A stretch of DNA of 64,000 bases from positions 6,361 to 70,360 of the IMG/VR virus record IMGVR_UViG_3300009593_004150; one strand, written 5' to 3'. Of this stretch, positions 28,811 to 38,381 are shown in pieces. A program made the position numbers and the translations under genes. The notes beneath the pieces are model-generated. The model was not told the origin of the DNA and made no database searches. It saw only the letters and a program-made list of their open reading frames with translations. This stretch comes from a virus. Within the stretch, counting starts at the first letter, position 1. Every line of letters begins with the position of its first letter.

Positions 28811-29019
28811 ATCAGATTTAGACTGATCTGATATACTGACTAGACTGATCTATTATAGTAACTGATCTTAATTAAATAAGATATAATAGATTACAGATAA
28901 TCAGATATACAGATTCAGTATTGAACCAGATCCAGTTGATCTATAATAGGGTTGTAAACTAACTTGTATAAGTAATTGTACAAAAAAAATTCATGCTGTA
29001 CCTTCTACATAACTGATCT
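28809..29019. repeat. GATC/AGAT-rich non-coding repeat array, candidate replication origin
   Basis: ACTGATCT at 28822, 28844, 28861, 29012; seven GATC; AGAT at 7-9 nt spacing from 28879 to 28914; AT-rich. Confidence 0.65.
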
Positions 29020-29044
29020 TAGGCTAGTGTAGGAGTAATGCTAA

Positions 29045-30946
29045 ATGTTTGAAAGTCCGTTTGATAATGGTATACCTGATGATACTGAGGTAATCTTTGT
29101 AAGCGATTTTTTCGTTGAACATGTATTAGGCGGAGCAGAATTAAGCAGTGAAGCACTAATCGAATCATCACCTTTTAAAGTACATAAATTAATTAGTTCA
29201 GATGTTACTGTTGAGGTACTGAATCAGCATTCTGATAAGTATTGGATATTTGGTAATTACGTAAAGATGGATCTGAATCTGATTCCATCAATTATTGCAA
29301 ATATCAATTACAGCATTATTGAATATGACTATAAATTTTGCAGATATCGATCACCTGAAAAGCATGCTTTAGAGTCTGGTTCATGTAACTGTGAAAATGA
29401 TATTCATGGAAAGATGATATCTGCATTTATGCATGGTAGTAAAAGTCTTTGGTGGATGTCTGAAAAGCAGAAAGATCTATATGTAACGAAATTCCCCTTT
29501 CTATCAGATAATGATAATACTGTACTTAGTTCAATATTCTCAGAATCATTCTTTATGATGGTAGATTATTTGAAACATAAAAATTCAGGTACTGATCGAT
29601 CTAAGTGGCTGGTACTAGGAAGTACATCATGGGTTAAAGGTACTGATAATGCTGTACAGTATGCAATTGACAATGATTTAGATTACGAATTAATTCAAAA
29701 CCTTCAGTATGACGACATGTTAGAAAAGTTGTCAACTGCAAAAGGCCTAGTATTTCTTCCTGCCGGAGGAGATACATGTCCACGGATTGTTATTGAAGCT
29801 AAAATCTTGGGCTGTGAATTAGTACTAAATGAAAATGTTCAACACAAGGATGAGTTATGGTTTAACTCAGGCATATCGGATTTAGTTAGTTATTTGCATG
29901 CTGCTCGAGAAAGATTCTGGGGCGGAATATCATCTAACATGAACTATAAAGCAACCATCAGTGGCTACACAACAACCCTTGATTGTATTAAAGGTGGGTA
30001 TCCATGGAGACAATCAATCGAATCAATGTTAGGCTTCTGTGATGAAGTGGTTGTTGTTGATGGTGGTAGTACAGATGGAACATATGAGGCTTTAGCTGAC
30101 TGGTCAACCTCTGATGATCGCCTTAGGGTCATTCGTATTGCACGAGATTGGGATCATCCAAGGTTTGCAGTATTTGATGGGGCTCAAAAAGCAGCCGCTA
30201 GATCTAACTGCACGATGGAGTATTGTTGGCAACAAGATGCTGATGAGGTTGTACATGAAGATGATTATGAAAAGATTCTTAAGTTAATTAAATCATTCCC
30301 TCGCGAAGCTGATTTAGTTTCTCTTCCTGTAATTGAATTTTGGGGAAACAAAGGCAAGGCCCGGATGGACGTTACTCCATGGAAATGGCGTGTCTCTAAA
30401 AATAACCCCAGCATTACCCATGGAATCCCTGCCTCACTTCGAACCTATGACGAAGATGGTTATCTTCATGCATTACCAGGTACGGACGGGTGTGATTATA
30501 TTAATAAGGACACATTCGAATTAATTCCTCATGCATCTTTTTACGTAGCCGAAGCTCATAATATGAGAGTTGCGGCATTAGCCGGCAACTCTGATGCTGT
30601 TGCAGCATATACTGGATGGTATCAAAACATTATCAATATGATTCCTTCGGTATATCATTATTCATGGTTTGATATAGGAAGAAAAATCCAGACGTATAAA
30701 AATTACTGGTCCCAGCACTGGCAGAGCTTGTATGACATACCTCAAGAAGATACACCTGACAATAATATGTTTTTTGAAAAACCATGGGCGGATGTAAGCG
30801 ATGATGATATTACAGCATTAGCTCATGAGCTCGAAGAGAACATGGCCGGCTGGGTTTTTCATGAAAAGGTTAATTTTGACAATCCAACACCGGCCCTAGA
30901 CATTAAGTACTCGCACCCCGCTGTTATGGAGTTAACGAATGAGTAA
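29045..30946 (+). CDS. Bifunctional glycosyltransferase (GT-B/GT4-like N-terminus plus GT2 C-terminus)
   Basis: GGAELS, DTCPRIVIEAKILG; VVVDGGSTDGT, QDADE. Confidence 0.85.
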   Translation: MFESPFDNGIPDDTEVIFVSDFFVEHVLGGAELSSEALIESSPFKVHKLISSDVTVEVLNQHSDKYWIFGNYVKMDLNLIPSIIANINYSIIEYDYKFCRYRSPEKHALESGSCNCENDIHGKMISAFMHGSKSLWWMSEKQKDLYVTKFPFLSDNDNTVLSSIFSESFFMMVDYLKHKNSGTDRSKWLVLGSTSWVKGTDNAVQYAIDNDLDYELIQNLQYDDMLEKLSTAKGLVFLPAGGDTCPRIVIEAKILGCELVLNENVQHKDELWFNSGISDLVSYLHAARERFWGGISSNMNYKATISGYTTTLDCIKGGYPWRQSIESMLGFCDEVVVVDGGSTDGTYEALADWSTSDDRLRVIRIARDWDHPRFAVFDGAQKAAARSNCTMEYCWQQDADEVVHEDDYEKILKLIKSFPREADLVSLPVIEFWGNKGKARMDVTPWKWRVSKNNPSITHGIPASLRTYDEDGYLHALPGTDGCDYINKDTFELIPHASFYVAEAHNMRVAALAGNSDAVAAYTGWYQNIINMIPSVYHYSWFDIGRKIQTYKNYWSQHWQSLYDIPQEDTPDNNMFFEKPWADVSDDDITALAHELEENMAGWVFHEKVNFDNPTPALDIKYSHPAVMELTNE

Positions 30947-31676
30947 TCACTTTAAGGTCATAGTCCCTGTTTATAATGCAGAGGAGTTTGTAGCTAGGTG
31001 CTTATATTCAATTTGGGCACAGACACACACTAACTGGTCTATGGTTATTATTGATGACAACTCTAACGATGGTACCGTTTCAGAGATTAATCGATTTCTG
31101 GATAAGTTTACTAGAGCTAAAGACAAAGTAACAGTCATTCAAAATGATAAGCAGTACCATGCCTTAGCAAACATTTTGACCGGTGTTAGCATGGCTAGCG
31201 ATGATGATATTATATGTCATGTTGATGGTGATGATTGGCTATCTGACATGGATGCGTTAACACTTATCAATGAACAATATGAACATCCAACACATGATGT
31301 AGGTGCAGTGTGGACAAACCAGCGTTGGGGCTTTACGATTTCCGGAAACTCCGGCCCTTTACCTGAGAATGCAGACTGCTATGCTCATGAGTGGGTTTCG
31401 AGCCACCTTAAGACTTTCCGCCGCTATTTGATTAATGATATTAACATGGAAAATTTTTATGATGATAGTGGAAAGTACTTTAAGAGAATAGCTGATCAAG
31501 CAATATACTTGCCGGTACTCGAAGTATGCCGGAGGAATAATATGTTAAGAACATACCTTCCTATCTGTGCTTATCACTATAATGTTGATCATAGTTCTAT
31601 AGACTTCCAATCTGATGATTCACATCATCAACATGCCGAAGCAGCATTTTTGAGAAAACGCGGTTTTCTAGAATGA
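30939..31676 (+). CDS. GT2 family glycosyltransferase
   Basis: VIVPVYNAE, IDDNSNDGT, VDGDDWL. Confidence 0.9.
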   Translation: MSNHFKVIVPVYNAEEFVARCLYSIWAQTHTNWSMVIIDDNSNDGTVSEINRFLDKFTRAKDKVTVIQNDKQYHALANILTGVSMASDDDIICHVDGDDWLSDMDALTLINEQYEHPTHDVGAVWTNQRWGFTISGNSGPLPENADCYAHEWVSSHLKTFRRYLINDINMENFYDDSGKYFKRIADQAIYLPVLEVCRRNNMLRTYLPICAYHYNVDHSSIDFQSDDSHHQHAEAAFLRKRGFLE

Positions 31677-31701
31677 ACTTTTGTTAACCTTGATGTATAA
31701 T
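31673..31701 (+). promoter_or_regulatory. Sigma70-like promoter
   Basis: ATGAAC-N17-TATAAT, AGGAG RBS at 31717. Confidence 0.5.
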
Positions 31702-31729
31702 ATACTAGAATCAATTAGGAGAAATTTTG

Positions 31730-32725
31730 ATGAATAAAACAGTTTTGATCACCGGCTCTGCCGGACTTTTAGGTGCGAATTTTTCTCGATATCTAACCGG
31801 TAAAGGATATACCGTTGTAGGTATTGACAATCTTTTTGGTGGATACGAGTCTAGCGTTGATCCAAATTCCGTTTTTTATAACGTCGATCTTAATGACGCT
31901 CCGGCTGTCAACAAGATTTTTGAGGATCACAAACCGGACTACGTATATCATTTTGCTGCATACGCTGCAGAAGGATTGAGTCCCTACATTCGTAGCTTCA
32001 ATTATACTAATAACGTTGTATGTTCATCAAATGTTATTAATGCCTGTATTAATAATAGCGTTGATAAAGTAATTTTCACCTCATCTATGGCTGTCTATGG
32101 AGAAGGTAACCCACCATTCACAGAATCTCAACCACAAACTCCGGAAGACCCATATGGTATTGCAAAGTATGCTGTCGAGATGGATCTTAAACTAGCTCAT
32201 GATCATTTTGGCCTAGACTATTCTATCGTACGTCCTCATAATGTAGTCGGTGTATATCAGAATATTTGGGACCGGTATCGAAATGTTATTGGTATTTGGA
32301 TTAGGCAGTCAATGAATAATGAATCATTGACCATCTTCGGAGACGGTACTCAGGTTCGTGCATTCTCTGACATTAGTTTTTATATGAAGCCGTTTGAGCA
32401 GTTAATGACAGAGCATAGCGGGGAAACATTCAACATCGGTGCTGATAAGTACTGGACTATTAATGATGCAGCGTTAACCGTACAGAAGGTTGCTGCTGAG
32501 TTTGGCAACAACGTTGACATCGTACACCTAGAAAAACGAAACGAAGTTCACACAGCATACTCAGACCACTCTAAAGCACAAGAGTCATTAGGGTTCCACG
32601 ACAATACTGATTTAGAGGCTACGATTAGGGAGATGTATACATGGGCAGAGTCTCAACCTAACCGAACTGTCGAATACTTTGAGTATGAAGTTGAAAAAAA
32701 TCTTTACAGTTTTTGGAAGAAATAA
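31730..32725 (+). CDS. NAD-dependent nucleotide-sugar epimerase/dehydratase
   Basis: TGSAGLLG, FTSSMAVYG, YGIAK (YxxxK). Confidence 0.92.
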   Translation: MNKTVLITGSAGLLGANFSRYLTGKGYTVVGIDNLFGGYESSVDPNSVFYNVDLNDAPAVNKIFEDHKPDYVYHFAAYAAEGLSPYIRSFNYTNNVVCSSNVINACINNSVDKVIFTSSMAVYGEGNPPFTESQPQTPEDPYGIAKYAVEMDLKLAHDHFGLDYSIVRPHNVVGVYQNIWDRYRNVIGIWIRQSMNNESLTIFGDGTQVRAFSDISFYMKPFEQLMTEHSGETFNIGADKYWTINDAALTVQKVAAEFGNNVDIVHLEKRNEVHTAYSDHSKAQESLGFHDNTDLEATIREMYTWAESQPNRTVEYFEYEVEKNLYSFWKK

Positions 32726-32754
32726 CTGAACATTTGTTTAGTGTTCGTTATACT
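32726..32754 (+). promoter_or_regulatory. Sigma70-like promoter giving an apparently leaderless transcript
   Basis: CTGAAC-N17-TATACT; ATG 5 nt downstream; no SD. Confidence 0.45.
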
Positions 32755-32759
32755 ATAAT

Positions 32760-33623
32760 ATGACGAATTTTCCAACTAATAAAGGGCACGTTTCCTATTC
32801 TGAAGTTCGGAACTGGAAAGAGTGCCCTTTTCGGCACAAGCTGCTATATATTGATAAGCTACAGACGTTTGATGAGTCGCCTTATTTAGATTACGGCACG
32901 ATCGTTCATGAAGCTTGTGAGCATTTTCTCAAGACAAGGGAACTCATCCTCGATGAGACCGAAGTTGCCTTAAGGGCAGCATGGGAAGAAAAGGGTTTCG
33001 ACTCAAAGCAATTTATCGATGGCATGGTTGCTAGATCTTCCTCTCAAGGGTGGAGATATCGGCATAATAAGATTGATGATTGGGTCGACTGGGCCAAGAA
33101 TTGTATTACAGATCTTCCAACCTTTATGGAGAAAGAGTTCCCTGGGTGGGAAACAGTAGCAGCTGAGTACCCATTAATGGAATCAGTCTATCGCGATGAT
33201 AGCATGACCTACAAGGGGTATATAGATGCTATTATTAAAGCTAAGGATTCTCGAGGGAACCTTAAGTGCTATATAATCGATTGGAAAACTGCAAACGCCC
33301 GAGGCTGGAATTCTGACAAGAAGCGAAGCTTCTTAACTCAAGCACAGATTGCACTATACAAGAATTATTGGAGCCGGAAGCTAAACGTTGACCCTAAAGA
33401 TGTTTATTGTGGGTTTGTTTTGCTTAAGCGTGGCGCTAAGCCCGGGAAAACCTGTGAATTTATTAAAGTCTCAGTTGGCCCTAAGACCCAAGAGAAAGCT
33501 GATAAATTAGTTTCTAGCATGATATCAACAGTCCGCAGGGGTTTCTTCCCTAAAAATCGTGGTGATGCATGTAAATTTTGTGATTTTAAAAATACTGAAC
33601 ATTGTCCTGGTGACAGTTTATAG
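32760..33623 (+). CDS. Cas4/AddB-like PD-(D/E)XK exonuclease
   Basis: SYS...CPF, GTIVHE, GYIDA, IIDWKT, QIALY, CKFC...C. Confidence 0.88.
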   Translation: MTNFPTNKGHVSYSEVRNWKECPFRHKLLYIDKLQTFDESPYLDYGTIVHEACEHFLKTRELILDETEVALRAAWEEKGFDSKQFIDGMVARSSSQGWRYRHNKIDDWVDWAKNCITDLPTFMEKEFPGWETVAAEYPLMESVYRDDSMTYKGYIDAIIKAKDSRGNLKCYIIDWKTANARGWNSDKKRSFLTQAQIALYKNYWSRKLNVDPKDVYCGFVLLKRGAKPGKTCEFIKVSVGPKTQEKADKLVSSMISTVRRGFFPKNRGDACKFCDFKNTEHCPGDSL

Positions 33624-33634
33624 GAGATGCTTAA

Positions 33635-34504
33635 ATGAAAAGTAAAAAGACAATTGGGATTATTGGGCAGGGCTTTGTTGGCTCTGCTATTCGTGAGGGA
33701 ATGCAGCATGCATTTACAGTGGAGACATGTGACATCGATCCTACCAAAAATGCAACTTGTGAAACTATTTATGAACTAGTTGATCGAGCAGATAACGTAG
33801 TATTTGTATGTCTTCCCACACCCATGAAAAAGAATGGTCGGTGTGACACCAGAATTGTTGAGGATGCAATTTCTGAAATTAATGATGCCAACCGCCGGTT
33901 ATCAAAAAATATTATTCCAGTCATTAAGTCGACTATCGAACCAGGTACTACTGACCGGCTTAACGATAAGTATGATAATGTCACCATCGTTTTTAACCCT
34001 GAGTTTTTGACCGAAGCTAATAGTTTTGAGGATTTTAAGAATCAAAATCGGATTATTATTGGTGGACCTCGCCCTGCATCTACGACGGTTAAGACAATGT
34101 ACAGAAAAGCATTCCCTTCGGTTCCCATTGTTAAGACCGGTGCAAATGTTGCTGAAACAGTCAAGTATTTTATTAATTGTTTTCTAGCAACTAAGGTATC
34201 TTTTGCAAATGAGATGAAGCAGGTTTGTGATAAGATGGACATTGATTTTGATAAGGTGGTTGAGTATGCGTTATATGATGAAAGAATTGGCAATTCACAT
34301 CTCTCAGTACCCGGTCCTGATGGAAGCCTCGGTTTTGGTGGCCATTGTTTTCCTAAAGATCTAAATGCTGTTCGGTTTGTTGCCCAAGATCTAGGGCTTA
34401 ACCCAACTGTTCTAACTTCAGTTTGGGAAAAGAACCTTGAGGTTCGACCTCAAGCTGAAAGGGATTGGGAGAATATGGTTGGGCGAGCTGTAAGCGAGGA
34501 CTAG
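33635..34504 (+). CDS. UDP-glucose/GDP-mannose dehydrogenase family protein
   Basis: GQGFVG, CLPTP, KSTIEPGT, NPEFL, GFGGHCFPKD. Confidence 0.92.
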   Translation: MKSKKTIGIIGQGFVGSAIREGMQHAFTVETCDIDPTKNATCETIYELVDRADNVVFVCLPTPMKKNGRCDTRIVEDAISEINDANRRLSKNIIPVIKSTIEPGTTDRLNDKYDNVTIVFNPEFLTEANSFEDFKNQNRIIIGGPRPASTTVKTMYRKAFPSVPIVKTGANVAETVKYFINCFLATKVSFANEMKQVCDKMDIDFDKVVEYALYDERIGNSHLSVPGPDGSLGFGGHCFPKDLNAVRFVAQDLGLNPTVLTSVWEKNLEVRPQAERDWENMVGRAVSED

Positions 34505-34511
34505 GTGTACT

Positions 34512-35756
34512 ATGAAAAAAAAGAAGGTACTAGTTTTATCTGACCATGCTTTAAGCACTAGTGGAGTAGGTGTTCAGACACGTCATCTGATCCAGGGGCT
34601 TTTAAAGAAAGGTGGCTGGTCATTCCGCCAGTTTGGTGCAGCGGTTAAGCATGACAACTATGATACAGTAACCGTCAATGACGACTTTATCATATGCCCT
34701 ATTGATGGGTTTGGTAATCCAGAGCTGTTAAGGGTTGCTCTTGCTACTGAAAAACCTGATCTGTTGCTGTTGTTTACTGATCCTCGGTTTTTTATATGGG
34801 CATGGGAGATGGAAGATGAAATCCATCAAGTTTGCCCGATAGCCTACTGGCATGTCTGGGATAACCGACCCACCCCGGAGTTTAACAAGGTATTATACGA
34901 GTCGACTGATTTGATTAATTGTCACTCACATCTTACATATGAGATGTGTTCTGAGCTTGAACCTAATAAGACTAACTTTATTCCACATGCATTGCCAGGT
35001 GATGTATATAGGACTTTACCACCTCAAGAGATTTCGAAATACAAGGAACAAGTTTTAGGTAAAGACCGCAAAGATCACTTTGTATTGTTCTGGAATAATC
35101 GAAACGCACGCCGAAAGCGCGCAGGTGATTTGTTATGGGCATGGAAAACGTTTCTAGACAATGCAAAAAGAAATGGGGATAACCCTAAGGCTACCCTGCT
35201 ACTGCATACGAACCCGACTGATCGAGAGGGTCAAAACTTGTATGAAGTTGTGAACATGTTAGGAATCAAAGAATCAGTAGTTTTTTCTAAGGACCGTCTA
35301 GACTTTGAACAGATCAATATTCTATACAACATATCTGATGCGTGTATTAACATAAGCTATGCAGAAGGTTTTGGGTTGTCAACACTCGAAGCTATGCAGG
35401 TAGGTAAACCAATTATTGCTACCAAGACAGGCGGTCTTACCAGACAGGTTGTTGATCACCGCGATGGTAGTGAGAATGGAATTGCATTAGATATTGAGGT
35501 AAAGACCCTTGTTGGATCTCAACAAGTACCATACATTTATGAAGATCTAGTTTCATACACTACGGTTGCAGGTGCAATAGAGAAGTTATATAACATGCCT
35601 CTAAAAGAACGTAACCTCATAGGTAAGAAAGCCCATGACTATGTACAATCAGAATTTAACTATCAAAACACAATCGACATGTGGCATGACACAATGCTCG
35701 AGACCATAGAGAACTGGCAGGACCGATATACCTCTTGGGAATGTAAGACATTTTAG
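34512..35756 (+). CDS. GT4-like glycosyltransferase
   Basis: NRNARRK, EGFGLSTLEAMQVGKPII. Confidence 0.9.
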   Translation: MKKKKVLVLSDHALSTSGVGVQTRHLIQGLLKKGGWSFRQFGAAVKHDNYDTVTVNDDFIICPIDGFGNPELLRVALATEKPDLLLLFTDPRFFIWAWEMEDEIHQVCPIAYWHVWDNRPTPEFNKVLYESTDLINCHSHLTYEMCSELEPNKTNFIPHALPGDVYRTLPPQEISKYKEQVLGKDRKDHFVLFWNNRNARRKRAGDLLWAWKTFLDNAKRNGDNPKATLLLHTNPTDREGQNLYEVVNMLGIKESVVFSKDRLDFEQINILYNISDACINISYAEGFGLSTLEAMQVGKPIIATKTGGLTRQVVDHRDGSENGIALDIEVKTLVGSQQVPYIYEDLVSYTTVAGAIEKLYNMPLKERNLIGKKAHDYVQSEFNYQNTIDMWHDTMLETIENWQDRYTSWECKTF

Positions 35757-35765
35757 GAAGATGAT

Positions 35766-36917
35766 ATGAAAAATGTTATATTAAGAGCCCCTCTTTTAAG
35801 CTGTTCAGGGTATGGTACACACTCCCGGCAAATTTATCGCTGGCTAAAGACTAAGGATGTTAATGTAGTTACTCAAGTTGTACCATGGGGCATAACTAGC
35901 TGGATGATTAATCCTGAACTTGAAGATGGCATAATTGGCCAAATCATGAGTGACTCAAGGGATATAAAAGAGACAGCAGATGTTTCAATCCAAGTGCAAC
36001 TACCAAATGAATGGTCAGCTGGGCTAGCCAAAAAGAATATTGGCGTCTCCGCATTTGTGGAGACTGATCAATGTAATCCTAAGTGGGTTAATAATGTCAA
36101 CCTAATGGATATGGTTATAGTCCCATCCGAGCATGCTAAGCAATGTGTCCTAAACACTAGCAGCCCGAAGACAGAAATTCATGTCATACCAGAGTCATTC
36201 TATGATTCTATTTGCAAAGACAATGAAGATATAGATTTAGGGATTGATACAGAGTTTAACTTTCTAGTGCTTGGGCAGCTTACGGGTAATAATCCTCATA
36301 ATGATAGAAAGAATACGTTTAATACAATTAAATGGATATGTGAAGAATTCAAAGATAATCCTGACGTCGGCCTAGTATTAAAAACGAACTCCGGAAAAAA
36401 TACTAAGATTGATCGCAGCGTAACTGAGAAGCTTATTAAGAGTTTAATCAAGGAAGTCCGGCAAGGGCCTTATCCTAAAATTCATCTTTTACATGGTAAC
36501 CTATCTTCAAACGAGGTTGCATCGCTATATAAGAACGAGAAGATCTCTGCATTAGTTTCATTTACCAGAGGGGAAGGGTTTGGGCTTCCTTTATTGGAGG
36601 CCGCGGCTAGTGATCTTCCTGTTATTGCTACAAACTGGTCCGGACATTTAGACTTTTTAAATAAAGGTAAGTTTGTTAAAGTAGGGTACTCACTTCAACA
36701 AATCCACAAGTCTCGTGTTGATGGTAGAATATTTTTGCCGAATATGAAGTGGGCTGAACCTATAGAGAAAGATGCAAAGGCACGCCTTCGAAAGTTCTAT
36801 AATTCGAGTGTACTGCCCACTCAATGGGCTAAAGAGTTGGGGATTACGATAAGAGAGCAATACTCACATGACGCCATATGTTCACAATATAATGAAGTAT
36901 TTTCAGGGATAATTTAA
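35766..36917 (+). CDS. GT4-like glycosyltransferase
   Basis: SGYGTHSR, RKN, RGEGFGLPLLEAAA, WAEP. Confidence 0.9.
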   Translation: MKNVILRAPLLSCSGYGTHSRQIYRWLKTKDVNVVTQVVPWGITSWMINPELEDGIIGQIMSDSRDIKETADVSIQVQLPNEWSAGLAKKNIGVSAFVETDQCNPKWVNNVNLMDMVIVPSEHAKQCVLNTSSPKTEIHVIPESFYDSICKDNEDIDLGIDTEFNFLVLGQLTGNNPHNDRKNTFNTIKWICEEFKDNPDVGLVLKTNSGKNTKIDRSVTEKLIKSLIKEVRQGPYPKIHLLHGNLSSNEVASLYKNEKISALVSFTRGEGFGLPLLEAAASDLPVIATNWSGHLDFLNKGKFVKVGYSLQQIHKSRVDGRIFLPNMKWAEPIEKDAKARLRKFYNSSVLPTQWAKELGITIREQYSHDAICSQYNEVFSGII

Positions 36918-36919
36918 TT

Positions 36920-37240
36920 ATGTTAGTTGCAGGTCTAATAGTCTCTTTGTCAATAGTCGCAATGCTTCTTTGTGCATCGATATATTACAATATTAAATTT
37001 GGCATTAAAATACTAAATATGCAAGATTTTATCAGTGAGGCGCTAGACGTGTTAGACAGCAGAGAAGAATCAATAGCCCAAGTTTTACAAATACCTTTAT
37101 TTCACGATAGTAGAGAGATTAGACGGGTACATACTGATCTTAAGGCATCCCGTAATGCAATTTTAAGAATTGCTGACGGCTTAGTTGATGCTACATCTGA
37201 TGACCTAACCCCTGACGCTGAGGATGAGAATGTACAGTAA
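36920..37240 (+). CDS. Hypothetical membrane protein
   Basis: N-terminal TM helix then coiled segment. Confidence 0.65.
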   Translation: MLVAGLIVSLSIVAMLLCASIYYNIKFGIKILNMQDFISEALDVLDSREESIAQVLQIPLFHDSREIRRVHTDLKASRNAILRIADGLVDATSDDLTPDAEDENVQ

Positions 37241-37260
37241 TCAGTATAAGGGAAAAAAAG

Positions 37261-38004
37261 TTGTCAAATCCAAAGCCAAAAAAGAAACGAATCATCCGAA
37301 GGAAGAAGTCAGGTAGCAAAAATTATTTTAATCTTGAAACACAAGACGCCATAATACAGTACCAGAATTCTTCATGTGATAAAGAGAAAAATACATTATA
37401 TGTAGAGAAGATCCTTCCTGCATTTGATAAACTTTCGCAGAACCTAATATTCATATATGGGTTTATATCTCCTGGTGAGCCATATGAACACCTCAAGAAT
37501 GACTGTGTGTCTTTTCTATATGAGACCATTCATAAGTGGAACCCAGACAAGGGAACCAAAGCGTTCTCATACTTTAATGTCGTTGCAAAGAATTGGTTGA
37601 TTATTAATTCACGCCGGCGTATTAAAGGTGAACGCCGACATGTTAGTGTAGATCACCAAGAGGGAATGTCACGCAGAGACAAGCAAGCATACGCAGCCCA
37701 TGACGTAATTCCGGGCCCTGATGAGGTAATGATAAGGGCAAATTTTCGGAATGAGATTATGGAGGTATTAAAGGAGATTCAAAAACGAGTTTCCGGAGAA
37801 AATGAAAAGAAATGCATTGATGCCGTTGTGACCGTATTTGAGACCATAGATCAACTTGACTTCTTAAATAAGCGGGCAATATTTGTATACGTTAGAGATA
37901 TATCAGGTCTTAGCCCGAAACAATTATCAGTTGCAATGTCAATTATAAGAAAACACTATAGGGCATTAGTTAAAGGTCCGGATAGAAAGTTTGATTTATT
38001 TTAG
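37261..38004 (+). CDS. Phage RNA polymerase sigma factor (gp55-like late sigma)
   Basis: NYFN, region-2-like KWNPDKGTKAFSYFNVVAKN; next to structural genes. Confidence 0.72.
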   Translation: MSNPKPKKKRIIRRKKSGSKNYFNLETQDAIIQYQNSSCDKEKNTLYVEKILPAFDKLSQNLIFIYGFISPGEPYEHLKNDCVSFLYETIHKWNPDKGTKAFSYFNVVAKNWLIINSRRRIKGERRHVSVDHQEGMSRRDKQAYAAHDVIPGPDEVMIRANFRNEIMEVLKEIQKRVSGENEKKCIDAVVTVFETIDQLDFLNKRAIFVYVRDISGLSPKQLSVAMSIIRKHYRALVKGPDRKFDLF

Positions 38005-38013
38005 GGGAAACAA

Positions 38014-38379
38014 ATGAGTGATGTAGTTGATATGGTGGAGAAAGTCAGTAAAACTGATGAGAAGATCCAGAAGTTTACTGAGCTTCTAAACTCTATTGAA
38101 AAGTCTGATGACAAAAAGAAAATATTATGGCAAGAGATTTATGAAAATGCACTTTCTGATCGTGCACAAGCTCAGGACTTATTAACAGAAGCTAGGTCTG
38201 AAATGATGGGTGGTGCATATGAGCACTCAACAATGGGCCCCACATTGTCAAAGTACCTTGAAAGAATGCATAAATCGAATGAACAAATTCTAAAGTTAGC
38301 AGAGCTTATAACAAAATCAGAAGAGCAATCTTCGAAGATAGATCCGGATGATTTATTTTCCCAAATTAATGAAGGTTAA
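38014..38379 (+). CDS. Hypothetical helical protein
   Basis: ORF with AGGGG RBS-like sequence. Confidence 0.7.
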   Translation: MSDVVDMVEKVSKTDEKIQKFTELLNSIEKSDDKKKILWQEIYENALSDRAQAQDLLTEARSEMMGGAYEHSTMGPTLSKYLERMHKSNEQILKLAELITKSEEQSSKIDPDDLFSQINEG

Positions 38380-38381
38380 GT

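Noticed and set aside
28809-29019. Repeat region as a CRISPR array (given a Cas4-like gene nearby)
   Set aside because: Repeats are only about 8 nt with irregular short spacing; no 25-45 nt repeat-spacer periodicity
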